DNA of 64,000 nucleotides from Escherichia coli (GTDB lineage Bacteria; Pseudomonadota; Gammaproteobacteria; Enterobacterales; Enterobacteriaceae): NCBI RefSeq assembly GCF_011045215.1, contig NZ_CP049202.1; one strand, 5' to 3'. Shown piece by piece: positions 63,051 to 64,000 of this stretch (position 1 is its first letter; each line of letters starts with the position of its first letter). The notes under the pieces were generated by a model. It saw only the letters and a program-made list of their open reading frames with translations, ran no database searches and was not told where the DNA came from. The position numbers and the translations under genes were made by a program.

Positions 63051-63157
63051 ACCATCGTCAGGGATGCTGTTGCCAAATGGCGTAAAGGTTGGATCCAACC
63101 GGTTACTACTGCCGCCAGACTTCCTTCAGTGTCCTGAGTAAGCCGCTGGTTGATGCC

Positions 63158-63721
63158 CTAGAGAAGTATGTACAACTGGACCAGAGTAAAGCACACCTTG
63201 CTGTCACGGGTGACCGGCCAGATACATGAATCTGCAGATAGATATATCATCAGAGACACCCTTTTATTTCGCGAATAAGTGTCTGTAATAACGCCGATGC
63301 CAACCAGTTCACAACTTTTCCATTGAAGCAGTCCACCACCTGTGATAACCAGACTTTGCCTGTAGTCTGTATACACAATCCCTGGCATTGAAACACGCAT
63401 ATGAGGTGTACTTCGGAATATGACCGTGCGCTCAGGAAGTACGGCAGATTCCGTCAAAAATTACCTGTAAAGACAGACTTCAGAAAAAACAGTGCTCGCC
63501 GCAGACCGGTGACCGGGCGAAGCCCGCGAACCGGCGAGGAAGCGCAATGGATCTGTAGTTACAGTGAGCAGGTACGCCCTGAAGCCTTCATAATCGGTAG
63601 TGTGTGTTGTTTTTCTGGAATGATTTATCCACATATCCGGAGGCCCGATCCAGTAAACAGATCCATGAATGATCAACAAAGGATCCATTAAAGATCCCCA
63701 TATCGCTGTCAACCTTGTCAC
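63158..63721 (-). mobile_element. Possible IS3-family transposase fragments (weak)
   Basis: Two short ORFs with faint resemblance to IS3 OrfB catalytic-core strings (YTDYRQ..., IIHGSVY...); not verifiable without a search. Confidence 0.2.
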
Positions 63722-64000
63722 TCATGGGCCGGGACCACGTTCACATAAGCGGTGGCATGTTATGGATAAACTGTAACAGGTTCATGATAAGCTGTATTCA
63801 GTAATGCATATACTGAAGTAAGTTAATGACATAAACTATGGTCAGTACGCCAGACTCAGTTGTTAAATACAGACTGCAGGTTTTTCTTCAGTCAGTTGAC
63901 GGGGTTCTGACACACGATTTTCTGTTTATTCTTTTACTGTCCACAGGCAGGAGGCTTTCTGGAAAACGAAAATTCAGACATCAAAAAACTGTTCGGCGAG

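Overview
This window is a large segment of an F-like (IncF-type) conjugative plasmid, with almost all genes on the minus strand. From low to high coordinates: finO and the complete tra/trb transfer operon in reverse orientation (traX, traI, traD ... traA, traY, traJ, traM; ~0.2-37.6 kb), F-type oriT with the canonical nic sequence (~37.9 kb), the leading region (orf169-type transglycosylase, hok/mok/sok-type module, psiA, psiB, ParB-like nuclease-domain protein, ssb, a KlcA/ArdB-like antirestriction gene, an orphan DPPY adenine methyltransferase, several small unknown ORFs, two near-identical Frpo/ssi-like repeats, an impCAB-like SOS mutagenesis operon with disrupted impB), a divergent double partition locus (parMR-type plus a small ParA/RHH pair), ccdAB-resD, a 1043-aa uncharacterised membrane-anchored ORF, and decayed transposase fragments. 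Relative to canonical F gene order the tra operon has no trbH and carries five blocks of uncharacterised, mostly AT-rich ORFs at gene junctions (traT/traD, trbC/traN, traU/trbC, trbI/traC, traR/traC). The strongest candidates for an undescribed system are the 1043-aa ORF at 58119..61250 and these tra-embedded cargo blocks. All calls rest on reading the sequence and ORF translations against remembered protein families; no database search was run. Coordinates of non-CDS features are approximate, GC statements are by eye, and several starts are ambiguous because some ORFs begin with GTG or TTG.
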